From: Takakia lepidozioides
Taxonomy: Eukaryota; Plantae; Bryophyta
Direction: 5' to 3'
Assembly (NCBI GenBank): GCA_030704615.1
Contig: CM060731.1
Location: forward strand, 92,256,001 to 92,320,000
Length of the DNA: 64,000 nucleotides
In this document: piece by piece, positions 10,867 to 23,640 of the stretch
Layout: every line of letters starts with the position of its first letter
Position numbering within the stretch: position 1 is the stretch's first letter
Notes under the pieces: generated by a model
What the model was told of the DNA's origin: nothing
The model's database searches: none
The model's input: only the letters and a program-made list of their open reading frames with translations
Program-made: the position numbers and the translations under genes

Positions 10867-12847
10867 ATGGTGGACGCTGTCAGGTCACCTACCAGCAGCC
10901 CCGAAGTTTTATTCCAGTTGATTTTACCAAGCTTTAAACAGGGTCTCCTGCAAGCTTGGACTCAAGCTGGAAACGATCACCTCGACCCAACACAACTCTT
11001 CCTAGCCAAACTGAAGGCTGTTAACATTGAAAGCCAAAGGATGAGCCATGAGCTAGCAAAAAATAGAAAGAAAAAGGTAGTGGCATTAAACAAGTGCCTC
11101 AAAATTTACAAGTCAAAACTAGAATCCACCCGCTGTGATGAAGACACCTACCGTACTTATGTTCAAGCCAGGAACAATTTGGATATCCACCATAAGATTC
11201 AAGAGAGAAAATGGAAATTGCAGGTAGGTGTTTACTCGTCTACAAAAGGGGAAAAAAATGAATAAATACTTCTTTGAAAAGACAAGGTTGCGACGCGCCT
11301 CCCAGATTATATCGGAACTTATAGAACAACCCTCTGGCGAAATACCTTAAATACCTTTTGTGCAGCCTTAAGGAGGAGGTTATTGATTTTGTAGAGGCCT
11401 CTGCCCCGTTTGTAAGAGTCAGGTAACACCTGAATCTTAGGGGGTGTTTGGCTTTGGAGATTATGGAAACCACAAAGGCTGCTTGTGTTACCCCATTGAT
11501 ATTCAGGAAGAGAAAACCTCCGGCCATTCTGATCACATCAGATGACTTCGAATGTGTTGACTCTTTATGGATAACTTCTGCAGATGTCAAGCATTATGTG
11601 CAATCCAACCCTCCCAACAGTAGCCCAGAGGTTTTATTTAGGGATAAGATTCAACAACTCTTACAGAAACACCAGAAGCACTACTCTCTTTCACCACTCA
11701 CAAAAATATCGTGGGGAGCATACCTGGAAGATCACCCCAAACCCTCAACCCACCTTCCGGCCCTTGTGGAGGATGCATAAATCTACGCATCCCCTCCACT
11801 AATACAAGCCATCTGGACTTACGAGGAGCCTGTTATCTGCACCAAGAGGAAGTCACAAACTACAAATTCGTTACCAGGACACTTTAGTGAATGGAGTTAC
11901 TGGGAGCCCACTTGGACTCAGAGGTGGATGGGAACAACTACAGAATGGAGGTCCAAAGGACCAGGGAATACATTAATGGTAACAAACAGATAGTACACTC
12001 GCCACTGAATCCTCGGAATCCCAAGTGGACTCCTCCACACAAGAAGGCAATATCAATCACTTCGACCAGGAGGTCAGAACTCTGCACACATCAACTATCC
12101 TGGACACAACCCACGCCAACTCGTAGGCTGCTTCCCAAGTGACTTCTCCACCCAGGGCTTTAACACCCTCTTCCCAACCTTCTCCTATCAAGGTGCCATC
12201 CTCTCCCTCTCCCTGTTTCATTTATCAAGTATTACCAGGAAGCTCCAATAGATGCTGGATGTTGTGCGGTAGAGGGAAACATTCTAGGGGGAAGCAGGAA
12301 AGGTACAGGCTGCCAGTTTTTGACTTGCCAGATAGCATACCCTCAGGGACTCTGCCCTCTAATGGCTCACTCTTGCAGAGATATCCTGGATTTCTTACCC
12401 TGTACTCAGCTGACTTCTTCCCTATTGGAGTATCCATTCTATCAGTTACCAATTATACGGTGTCTACAGAACAGTTCATATCCTCCCCAGAGAACCCCGT
12501 CTGGGCAAACCAAGAGCAGTTTTCATACTCATTCAAAAGAAGACCCGAAAACCCCCAGACAACTTCGTCTGGGTCAACTCTTTGCGACCAAGAGACCGTA
12601 GGGTCAAATTCATTTACCAAGTAACTAGGCCATCATATGAGACTATCAGTCTAAGCCTACCACTGCCAATCAATGATCTTTGACCTCCACTCGTGGAACA
12701 TCAGAGGGTTGGGTTCTGACCCGACTTCTCTAAAGAGATTGAAAATCAAAACTTGGCTGGCCTCCTTCCTGGCAAATCACTCCATCATTTTCTTTCAGGA
12801 ACACAAAATAGACCAAGGAAAAATTGATAGCCTGTCAGATTATCTAT
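10867..12847 (+). mobile_element. Inverted LINE segment: post-endonuclease coiled region, spacer, and start of the ORF2 APE endonuclease
   Basis: 10867-11265 resembles the helical region after the L1 endonuclease; 12673 onward reads SWNIRGLG...IIFFQEHK...SDYL and stops at a CACTA end. Confidence 0.75.
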
Positions 12848-13809
12848 CACTACAACAAATCCCGGCTTTTACGTCTGCTATTTTCCAGTCGTATCAGCCT
12901 TTTATGACTGCATGACTGCCCAGTCAGATAAACCCAGTCAGTTGTGACAAATGAGTTGTAAGCGCCATAGAGTCGTATCTGCCAGTTGTGGAGCTCACTG
13001 TTGATGTGGCAATGGGGACGCCTAATCATAGTCATTGATAAGACCGTAGTAAATGATTGCGAATCCATGTCAGCTTCAGGTGGAACGGAAGGGACATGCC
13101 ACGTATCACGTCAAAGGGAAGGCGACAGGGTCTTTACGACTGGCATATATGACTTCCACAGATTAACCCCAGGACAACACGTGGAGAAGACTGGACATGA
13201 CACGTGGAATCAAATTATGCAGGATGGGGGTGGTCATTATGACTGGAGCATATGACTTCCATGGCGCTCTAGATACTGCATGTGACATGAGTATGGGCGA
13301 ACACGAGGGGTGAAAGTGGCACATGGCGGAGGCTCTGTGGATGGGATGTAGTCGTGTACATGATTGTAGTCATGGGCCTAACTCTAGCAGCATTGAAACA
13401 TGAAAGCACCATTGAAAGCACACGAAAACACCATCGAAACATGAAAGCACATTTGAAATTGGAACATCGATTCAAATACAACGTGACTTAATGTTCAAAG
13501 ATCCGTTCCATAATCTAATCCGGTGCTGCTACAAAAATGCACAAAGCTGCAAAGTCTATGTAGACTTCCAAATGCCCGAGCAGGAGATGCATACACTGAC
13601 ATCTCTCGAACTTCAGCAATCCACTACCTTCATTAGCAGTGCCTGATTTTATCAATTGTGCCGCTGCTGCTGCTGCTTTCAGTTGACCATCTACCCATGC
13701 AGGTTTCTTCTAGCTATCCTTCCACAATGAATCATACGTAATCTGGAGCTTGAAAATCTGGCCCTCTTGGATGAATCTGCACCCACACTCTATCCCTGCT
13801 CCTTCAGCT

Positions 13810-14850
13810 ATCCATGCCCACGAGGGTATTGTTCAGAATCACATCTGGTACAATTCCAGCTTTGGTGATGCAACCATGTACCTCTTTGCATGTGCTTTCC
13901 AGGGCTGCCAGGCTTGCACACGCACTGCAAACGCACACAAACATGATGTGGTCGAGCTTCACCCCTTCCCCCATCATTTGCTTTTCAGGTCTCCAAAGCC
14001 TCATCCCGCGCTCTTGCTCTGCACGCCCTCACCACAAGGGCATATTTCAGAACGACATCAGTTCAATTCTAGCTTGGACGATGTCACCACGAACCCCGTC
14101 TTCACTCATTGCCTACTCTAGTTAAGTGCAATTATGGGTTAGGCTGATACCACATCTCATTCAGCCATATTATCAAACTGCATGCCATTTGTATCATTGT
14201 AGTTGTACCCAAACTTGGCATACATGTCCACTACGGCAACATTCAGAATCACATCAGATACAATACCAGGTTTGATGATATTACCATGGACCTCTGCACC
14301 ATTTTTCAGGGCTGCCAGGCTTGCATTTGACATACATATCCACCAAGGCAGTGTTTAGAGACATCTAGTGGTACAATTCCAGCTTTGACAATATCACCAT
14401 GGACCTTTGCGTCCTTTCCAGGCCTACCAGGCTCGCATTTGACATACATGTACACCAAGGGAATGTTCAGAATGACATCAGGTACAATTCCAGCTTTGAT
14501 GATGTCACCATGAACCTCTTGGCCCCTTCCCAGGGCTTCTAGGCTCGCAAATGCATATTACAAACACAAATGAACATGGCTTCGTCCTTTCCCACATCAT
14601 TTGCTCTTAGGTTTCCAAAGCCTTAATCCCACATCCATGCTGCACATACCTTGCAATCATGGCACTCCACAACACCACATCTCATTTAGCCATGTTGTCG
14701 AACTCTCCCTTCGCATCGGCTTGCTGCACCCACATTTAGCATACATGTCCACCAGGGCAGTGTTCAGAATGACAACTAGAACAATTTCAGCTTTGACGAT
14801 GGCACATGGCCAAGAGTTATCCCAATGTCCCGCTACCAATGAGTCCAATG
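13810..14850 (-). pseudogene. PLS-class pentatricopeptide repeat (PPR) gene fragments
   Basis: Repeated peptides such as FVCVCSACASLAALE..KEVHGCITKAGIVPDVILNNTLV, ASLAALKNGAEVHGNIIKPGIVSDVILNVAVVDMYAKFG and LNTALVDMYAKCG; three ~120-bp tandem units at about 14220-14560. Confidence 0.88.
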
Positions 14851-14899
14851 CATATCCTTGTCACATTGGCAGTATCATGTCAAAGTCACTCCCAACTAC

Positions 14900-16050
14900 A
14901 TTCACTCAACAGCTAACTTGCAGAATTCAACATGAAAATTGAGGGCCGATTCTGATAAGAGGGGAAAATAGGGTGAAATGTGTTGAAGAAGGTGCCTTCA
15001 TTAGCAGTGTCTGATTTTATCAATTGTGCCGTTGCTGCTGTGGCTTCTAGTTGACCATCTATCCATGCAGGTTTCTTGTATCTATCCTTCCAAAGGGAAT
15101 CATAGGTAATGTGGAGCTTGAAATCCGGCCCTCTTGGATGAATCTGGACACACACTCTATCACTGCTCCTTCAATTATCTATGCCTCTACACAAAATCAT
15201 GCATACATCTTTGCCTTTCTGCTAGCAGCTGACAATGACAGCCTAGAATTGTTCCAGCAAACACCCCCAACCCTACTTATCAACGAGCAACAAGCTAACT
15301 TACAACATTCAATATGCATCTCAGGGCCAAGTCTGGTGAGAGGGCAAAACAAGCTGAAATAGGTTGAAGAAGAAGGTGCCCAGGTTTCTTGTAGCTCTGA
15401 TCCACTAGGAATCATAGGTAATCTTGTGCTTGATATCCTGCCCTATTGGATGAATTTGGACCCACACTCTATCCCTGCTCCTTCAGCTATCCCAGCCTCT
15501 GCACACATCACGCATACATCCTCGCCTTGCTTCGAACGGCTGACAATGACGGCCTAGATTTGTTCTAGCAAACACCCCAACCCTACTTATAACACACTAG
15601 TTCCTATGCTGAATGGCATCTGCTTCTCTCTGTATTGTAACAGGCATTCACCTTTTTCCCTCGATCGTCCCACCATTGACTGGGGTCGGAAAAATATTCC
15701 TTCCACAGCTTCTCCTCATCCCTATGTGTTCTTGGATACTTTCCTGTTGCCACATTGGCAGTCACATGCCAAAAAAATTTAGACCACCATAGATCAACCC
15801 AACAAGCTAACTTGTAGAATTCAACATGGAAATCAGGGTCGACTCTGATAAGAGGGCAAAACAGGCTGAAATGTGTTGAAGAATGAGCCGTTACCACTTT
15901 GTCCTTGACCTCGTGTGATGGCAGCTAGCTTTTCTTTCAACCATGGAGGATTCAACCGACCACCTTGCAATTGCTTTTGTCCCACCATTGATGAAGATCT
16001 TTATAAAACTCGTGCCAGCTCTGCTCCATGCTCTACAGTAGACCTTTGTG
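14900..16050 (-). pseudogene. OSB-type PDF-motif gene fragments (several copies; another at about 13630-13800)
   Basis: EEKLWKEYFSDPSQWWDDRGKKVN, HPRGPDFKLHITYDSLWKDRYKKPAWIDGQL and MEQSWHEFYKDLHQWWDK...PPWLKEKL resemble the W..F..P..WWDNR..K.NP..PDFKH..T...LW...P.W motif of plant organellar ssDNA-binding proteins. Confidence 0.72.
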
Positions 16051-16712
16051 CCCAAAATTCGACAACATCAATATTTTGACAAATTCCTTTCTGTAGGAGG
16101 GGGATTGCTAAACCATGAGCAGAATTCTGCTCACGCTTCTGGATGTGCTCACCTATAACCGCGGACACCTATTCGGCTTAGAGGACCTATTACTGCGGGT
16201 AGTGTCCAGTATAACATGCATATCAATTCATCGTTATGGATGAATGACGGATGAATGATGGATGAATGGACGATGAATGTATGTTGGACGAATGGCACAT
16301 GGATGAATGTAGTTTGAGGTTGAATGCAAAATTAAAAAGCATTTTAGAGTAGTGGTTGTCAAATCCCCCGAGCTCCAGAGTGAATATCTGCCAACTGCAG
16401 AGGGTTGTGGTTGTCTTTTCACCAGGTATCCTAAGTCGAGAGAGATGCTGACACCCAATTGCAAAGAAGGTGGAGAGGCCGTTTGGTGCTTTAATAGAAA
16501 TTGTTTGAAAACAGCCGATTCATTCCGACGAAGAATATCCACTGCTACTGGAGTCGGAATCCAAAACGAAGGCAGAACTGTCTATGAAGACACTAGCCTT
16601 GCTCTGCACAAAATCCTCTGTGTCGTAAAGCACATGAGGGAGAGAAGAGAAGCGAAGAGACTAAATTTGCAAGCTGCAGCCTCCGCATAACATGACATCT
16701 GAAACGTCTTCT

Positions 16713-16873
16713 GGTGTGCTATTTGGGGTGAATGGCATCTACAAATTGTTCGGACCACATAACTTATGATTTGTTGTCATGTCCTTCTTCCATGTGACCA
16801 GAAATCCATGATGGGTAAACGCTAGGTCTTTTGCTTGCAAAGCAGGAGTTGGGTTCATTTGCAAGTTTTCCAA

Positions 16874-16904
<31 letters not shown>

Positions 16905-17997
16905 TTTCCCCAAATGTGCCAGATTAAGGTGTCGTTGACGACACCTTAATCTGACTGGTTTTTTGGTGTGTTATTTGGGGTGAATGGCATCTACAAATTG
17001 CTCAAACCACATAATTTATGATTCATAGTCATGTCTTTCTTCCATGTGACCAAAAATCCATGCTGGGTAAACGTTAGGTCTTTTGCTTGCAAAGCAGGGG
17101 TTGGGTTCATTTGCAAGTTTTCCAAAAAAAATAAAAATATGTATATTTATTATTTTATTATTTTATTTTTCCCCGAATGTGCCAGATAAAGGTGTCGTCA
17201 ACGACACCTTAATCTGGCTAGTCTTTTGGTGTGCTATTTGGGGTGAATGGCATCTACAAATTGTTCGGACCACATAACTTATGATTTGTTGTCATGTCCT
17301 TCTTCCATGTGACCAGAAATCCATGCTGGGTAAATGCCAGGTCTTTTGCTTGCAAAGCAGGGGTTGGGTTCATTTGCAGGTTTTCCAAAAAAATAAAAAT
17401 AAAAAATAAAAAATTTAAGTTTTTATTTATTTATTTATTTTATTTTTCCCCGAATGTGCCACTTAATCTGGCTTGTCTTTTGGTGTGCTATTTGGGGTGA
17501 ATGGCATCTACAAATTACTCGGCTTATGATTCGTTGTCATGTCATTCTTCTTGACCAGAAATCCATGCTGGGTAAACGCCAGGTCTTTTGTTGCAAAGCA
17601 AGGGGCTGGGTTCATTTGCAAGTTTTCACAAAATAATAATAAAATAAAATAAAATAAAATATTATTTATATTTTATTTTCCCCGAATGTGCCAGATTAAG
17701 GTGTCGTCAACGACACCTTAATCTTGTTGGTCTTCTGGTGTGCTATTTGGGATGAATGGCATCTACAAATTGCTCGGCTTACGATTCGTTGTCATGTCCT
17801 TCTTCCAGGTGACTAGAAGTCTATGCTGGGTAAACGCCGGGTCTCTTGCTTGCAAAGCAGGGGTTGGGTTCATTTGCAAGTTTTCCATAAAACAAATATA
17901 TATATGTGTTTTTTCCCTCTGAATGTGCCAGATGAAGGTGGCGTTGACGCCAGCTTGATCTGGCTGGTCTTTTGGGCGGAATTAAGCTTCCGCCAAA
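16713..17997. repeat. Tandem array of five ~255-bp units, most ending in a 34-bp palindrome
   Basis: Units start at about 16713, 16965, 17228, 17482 and 17737 (GGTGTGCTATTTGGGGTGAATGGCATCTACAAATT...); palindrome CAGATTAAGGTGTCGT-NN-ACGACACCTTAATCTG, e.g. 16920-16953. Confidence 0.95.
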
Positions 17998-20574
17998 TTA
18001 AAATACACTTATTTAAACTCAACAACACATGAATCCCTGCGCACGTGCTGATCGGTAAGGATACATGTTGTTGCAGCCATCCATGGTTCACTCATCTAGG
18101 CAATTTTTCATCCGACACTCATCCAATGTTCATCCATTCTTTTTAACATTCATCACAGATACATTCATCCGTCAGTTTTTCATCGCACATTCGTGCCACA
18201 TTGTCGTCATGGAGCCTGTCTGTCTTCGATCCGATGGAGAGAAGATTGCGTCGTTGCAGTGGAGTTTGTGTCCACGGCAATAGGCCCACTTATTCCCTTG
18301 CTTTTAGGGTCCGCATCAATAATCTGCTCACGCTTGGGGGAATCTGCTCACGGGTTCTGCTCATGCCTTTGCTGCCGTCCTGTAGGAGTCCTAGTGCTCT
18401 TTCAACAACATTCATTGCAAGTAACTTTGGGTTCCATTAGATTCTACACAATGAGGAACATTGGAACATGTCCAAACTTACACAATAAGCCTATGTCTGT
18501 AGTCTGGAGATCTTGGAGTGGTCTATGAAAACAACCAGGGAGCAGCTGAGGAGCTGCAGTCTCAAACCCTCCCAAGTACCTTGCAAACTCAAGGGAAAAC
18601 ACCTTGCGCATCCTACTTTCATGCCCTGCTCAGCAAGGACAACCTCGATACGGATAGTAAAAGCAGTTTTCCTAGAGCACAGCGAGATTCTGACTTCACT
18701 GACTTCACTCAACAACAGTACGATCCAGTCCACACCATACGACCATACCAGAGTTTCCTCAATCTCCCTTTCTCATCCTACATGAAGAAAGCTCACCTTG
18801 TCAAGGCTACTATTCCACCATTGTAAAGTATCATTGTTGACCTACACGCCAGATATACCAATTATCGGCCTTGCCTAACGACCCGTGCGTTTTCTTGCAT
18901 CTTTGCACTGAGTACATCCGTTTCTACTGAATTGCGCAAAAGACAATTCCGAGCCTGGATCCGACTGCGCATTCAAACACAAAAAAGAAACCGCGAAGTG
19001 TTTCGTGTAATCACCTAATTTGAATGGCATCCCTGAAGGCACCAGTGGGTTCAAAAGAAGAGACCATAGGATTTTTCTTGCAGAGAGCCAACAGAAAGGC
19101 AAATGTAACAATTCAATGTCACACAAATCAGCAACCCAACTCCTTTACTGAAACCAAGACAAGCAAACCTGCTTCCGACTTCAGTGAGAGAAAACAGGGG
19201 CAAACAAAGCAAAATTCACACATTTGCACAAGGCATACGCTCCTACACACCCACTCCATACGCAAGGCCCTGTCCTCTCGCTTGGCTCATACGAGAGGCC
19301 TCGCATCATGCCGAGCTGGAAATGATTTCGCACAGGACGGATTTCTTCATGCCCGATTCTAGGGTTTGAGTCCCTGTCTGCCCCCTATCCCACCGGCTCC
19401 GCTCGTCGTCTCTCATGATCAGACTCAACCCTAAAACGAAACAAACATAGCTCCGCCATGTTCGACGTCTCTCATGATCAGACTTGACACTAAAAGAAAG
19501 CAAACACAGCTCCTGTTTGTCGTCTCTCACGATCAAACTCAACACAAAGAAAACAAACAGATGGCAGGGGAGACAAAAAAATGCTAAGTCCCCTCTACTC
19601 ATGACTGGATGGATGAATGTAGCGATAGATGGATGGATTTTGGGTTTTCCATCAATACATCCATCCATTCATTTGTTTTTCCATTTTTTGGCCATTTTAA
19701 TTTCATCCATTCATCCAAAATAAATCTTTAAATGAGTTTCACTGTCAATTCATCCAATAACTGCCAGCTCAGCGTTTGCATTATCATTTGTTCCTACGTT
19801 CATCCAATAGTTGCTAGCAAGGCGTTTGTTGTATCATTCGTTCATATGTTCATCCAGTGCACAAAAGTTATGTTTGATACGTTCATCCAATAGTTGCCAG
19901 CAAGGCATTTGTGTATCATTCGTTGAGATAATACAGTTGTTTTGTTTCACTAACCTTAACCAGCAGTCGATTAGTTTTACTGTTAATCTGCTGGGTCAGT
20001 GAAACAGTAGTTAAATATTTTTACTACTTATTATCCTCATACTTAATACTGCGACCTAACAACCCTAAATTCGAGCACATTCATCCTAATTCATCCTAGT
20101 TCACTCATCCTAATTCATCCTAATCATTCATTCGTCCATTCATTCATTCATCCATCCATTCATTCATTCACAGGGTGTGGCTTAGTGCCCGCAAGCAATG
20201 ATATGTTGACACGTCGTCATTTGCAATCACATCATGTATATGTTTCATCCATTTATGTTTGCATTGTCCACATAGACACTCCTTGGGCAACCGGCAATCG
20301 CCACGTACAGTCGTGAATACTGGCAGTCATACATTCCCATGCCCACGTCATCCTGTTGTAGTTTTGGCCATGACTCCTAGTCATATCTACCATCTTCCCC
20401 TAATCTGGTCAAACGTGTTTGACCGCAGATCCTGACGTGGTGGAGGTACAAGGTGGCATATACGACTTCTGGTGGTCACAATTGGCAACCAGGACTGCCC
20501 CCTTGTATTTTGTAGACATATATGCTACGACTGGGCAAATGTGGCAGACGTTAAAGCTGGGATCTGTTGTAGTG

Positions 20575-20870
20575 TATGGCCATTGGCTAATTCTTTCTGG
20601 AAACCGACCTCCTCTGGCACCAAAGGAGGAACTGCAATTTTACTTTCTCCCTCCATAGTACCTATCTTTGGCCAGACCTCAAATGTCAAATTTACCTGGT
20701 CCAACAACAGATCTCTTGCAGACCTTAGCATGGCACATCTTGATAAGGCTTATCTCTCCCTCAACCTAGTGCAATATGCCAAAAGAACCCCTCAACAACC
20801 CATTCCCTTAAGCTTTGACCATGCCCCAATCACCCTCTCCATAGTACGGAATGAGCAAGTATGGAGACAG
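20575..20870 (+). mobile_element. Continuation of the LINE endonuclease after the CACTA insertion (internally deleted)
   Basis: WPLANSFWKPTSSGTKGGTAILLSP...FTWSNN...HLDKAYLS...FDHAPI (APE FTW, RLD and SDH motifs). Confidence 0.88.
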
Positions 20871-22340
20871 AAATTAGCGAAGCTGGAGTTACATGCAATC
20901 CCAGTAGTGATTTTGGGAAAGGAGTTACTGGTAGGAAGTGTCAGTCTGACCAGTCTTTGTGTTGAGCCTTCCCCCTGTTTTTCCTTTTGCGGTAGTGGCC
21001 TCCTGCTGTTCCGTCTATTTTCCTTTCCCTTGGAAACAACAGCCTCCCGTTGCTGGTGTGCCCTCTGCTCTTCCTGCATAGGATCTGTGTATGTTCTTTC
21101 CCTACCAGTAGTATGAAGCCGGGTTCTGAGTTGCAGTGGATCACTTGGTGCATTGTGCAGGGTTTGGCCTCTCCGCTGAATTGATGAAGGACCTGAATGT
21201 GGAGAAGGAGATTGTAAATCCTGCTGCTGATTAGAGCCTGCTGGTGGGTTCCCTCATTGATCTTGTAGATGAGAGATGGAGGATGGCTGGGAGAGTTTGC
21301 GTTTAGCCGTAGGGCAGTCCAGTTTAATGTGGCCCAATTGGCCAAAGTTGAAGCAGGCTGTGTATGTAGTGTCTTCTATGAGCTGGATTGTGAAGTAGTT
21401 GCCCTCCTCGTCTATTGGCAGTTTAACAAATTGTGGGAGAACATCCTCGTCCGGCATCATCAAAACAAATTTGGCACATCCTGTTTTGTGAAGGCGTGAA
21501 GCTATAGTCACTGATTTCCAAGCCGGGTCCTGCCTTAGGTTATGTGTACACATCTGAGGGTCAATAACAGCCAGACACCCACAGTATGAACCGAAGTGGT
21601 TTGCAATATCCGCCAAGTTTACCAAGTACTGATTTGGGATATATGGGACGGAGACAATGCGAGGGCCCCACAGTTTTCCATTCCTGTTGCCCATCCTTGG
21701 TGACCAAGGAAATATATTGACGTTGAAACCCTTTGTGTGTGGATTAAAAAAGTAATGCCTCGTTAGCTGTCTCTTGTGTTTCAAAGACAATTGAGAAAAA
21801 ACCGCGTCCTTTGGCATGGCAGAACTGCTGTCTCAGTTCCCCATGGCCTCCAAGATGTCTGATGGCCCAGTCCCTGACAAGAGCCCTATCCATTTTTTTC
21901 CCCGGAAAGTGAATGAGAATACCTGAGTCCTCCATCGTTGCTACTCTCTTCTGTAGTTCTGGGATGTTCATGTCGATCATGGGATAGTCCTTATCCAAGT
22001 CGTCTTGATTGAGTACTCTTTCTTCCTCCCAGTTCGTTGGCAGATTCTCTAGAATGGGGGGATTCGGAAGGTTCGGCAGAAAAGAGCTTAGCCTGGGAAT
22101 TTTAGGAAGTGGTTGGGGGGGAGAGAGAGGATTGGTGGGAATGAGAGGAGGGGGGGGGGGGGGGGGGGGGGGGGTACTAAACCGCTAGCAGAAGCCATCC
22201 TGGAGCGAGCTTGATGTGCCAGAAAAAAACCCGTTCCTGACGAGGGGTTGGATCTTCCGTGATTATTCTGCATTCCGCGATTGCCACCTCGAGTCTCCAT
22301 CTTATCGTTGTTCTGCCTCTGGTTATTTCCGTGAGTCATA
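20871..22340 (-). mobile_element. LINE ORF1 (DUF4283-like region plus CCHC-type knuckle), frameshifted
   Basis: HAKGRGFFSIVFETQETANEALL, VNIFPWSP, CFNFGQLGHIKLDCP. Confidence 0.8.
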
Positions 22341-23183
22341 ACGCCAGTAGTAGCTGAAATCGAGAAATGTAGTAGGAGGCTCGCTGGAGTTACAGAGAGG
22401 GAGGCCAGGGGGTCGATAGTGTGGAGAAGTGCAGAAAAAGAGGGAAAGAGAAGAAGCAGGAAACGTCTCTGTCGAAAGCGACTGCCTTAATAGTTAGAGA
22501 CGGCGGAGGCAGACAGATTAGGGATGATACTAGAGTCTGATATGGAGATGAAAGGAAGCTGGGCATTAGGATGAACAATGAAGATAATGTGCTTGGGGAA
22601 AAACGTAAGGAAAAGACATAATATGCATATCAAACGCAAGTTATGCTAAGACAATTATTTTTTATTAAGGATTACTCTAAAACCGTAATTTGGTATATCT
22701 TTCGACAAACTGTGTAAAACATTGAAACCAATTATCAATGTCAAGACAATTATTTTTTATCAACACGATCATTTTTTATGTAGACAATTATCTTTTATCA
22801 AGACCATCATCTTTTTTCAAGACAATAAAACTGAATGATGAATGACTAAAGGATGAGCGACGGAAGAGATATAAACAACCGACTTTTGATCCAAACGATC
22901 AAATGCTAAACGAAGGGAAAAATACTAAAAAAGGGGTTCAACTCCTCCTCATTTCTTGGGCATAGTTAGAGGTAGTTGCATCAAACAATGAAATGCAGAG
23001 ACCTAACATTATAGCTTCGGCAACACTCCGCCATTCTTCTTGCGCGATACAATGAAACACAAGATGTGTGTATGTAACCGTGGGGATGACCCCGCCCTTT
23101 TCCCGAAAATTGAACGTAGTTTTCAGAATTCGTCGCTAGTAATGCGGAGCAACGCAAAGCCCTAGTTATTATTAAAAGGCATC

Positions 23184-23370
23184 GGCTGGTAGCTCAGCTG
23201 GTAAGTGCACACTGTATCGCCTTGGTGGTTTGAGGTTCAAACCTGCTGCCCTGCCCCGTGTGTGGATTGTTCGTGACGTTCTGTGTGGATTTTATTGTCC
23301 TGTGTGCCTCCATGGCCCAAAATGAAAGGGGGTTATTTTATCCTCTCCTCAAGGGCCTGAATCATTCCCA
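23184..23370 (+). mobile_element. tRNA-derived SINE
   Basis: A box TAGCTCAGCTGG, B box GGTTCAAACC (23234-23243), no intact cloverleaf; tail shared with the neighbouring SINE. Confidence 0.7.
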
Positions 23371-23419
23371 GGTTTTCTTTTCTTAATTAATATATTATAT
23401 ATATAATATCTCTCTCTCT

Positions 23420-23640
23420 CCGGGAGCACCTGCTCACAAATCAGCCCCCTTAAATATAGCGAGAGGAGAAAATAACCTTTTTCATAGTAACCTTGCCATG
23501 AGGCGCCGAGCACAAGGCTCAAGGGACACTGCCCAAGGGAAGGGGGAGAAGATTATACCACACCCCACAAGGAAGAAGGATTTGAACCCAGAATCACCTG
23601 GGTGGCACTCAGTGCTCTATCCAACTGAGCTACCCACTAG
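23420..23640 (-). mobile_element. tRNA-derived SINE, convergent with the previous one
   Basis: Minus strand GGTAGCTCAGTTGGATAGAGC...GGTTCAAATCC, followed by tail ATGAAAAAGGTTATTTTCTCCTCTC. Confidence 0.7.

Larger units (their letters stand above)
12848..20574. mobile_element. Non-autonomous CACTA element carrying host gene fragments (Pack-CACTA)
   Basis: Left end CACTACAACAAATCCCGGCTTTTACGTCTGC; right end reverse complement CACTACAACAGATCCCAGCTTTAACGTCTGC; TAT duplicated on both sides; removing it restores the LINE frame SDYL-WPLANSFW...GGTAILLSP; no transposase seen inside. Confidence 0.95.

Noticed and set aside
16713-17997. CRISPR-like array (palindromic repeats at regular spacing)
   Set aside because: The sequence between palindromes is itself repeated, not unique spacers; the period is ~255 bp; there are no cas genes and the context is eukaryotic.
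6470-20260. CATCC/GGATG-rich patches (about 6470-6700, 16235-16310, 18070-18200, 19600-20260) as a defined element
   Set aside because: Low-complexity motif clusters; I could not find termini or a TSD to delimit an element.
23184-23640. Functional tRNA genes
   Set aside because: A and B boxes are present, but acceptor and anticodon stems do not pair properly, and both continue into a shared non-tRNA tail.
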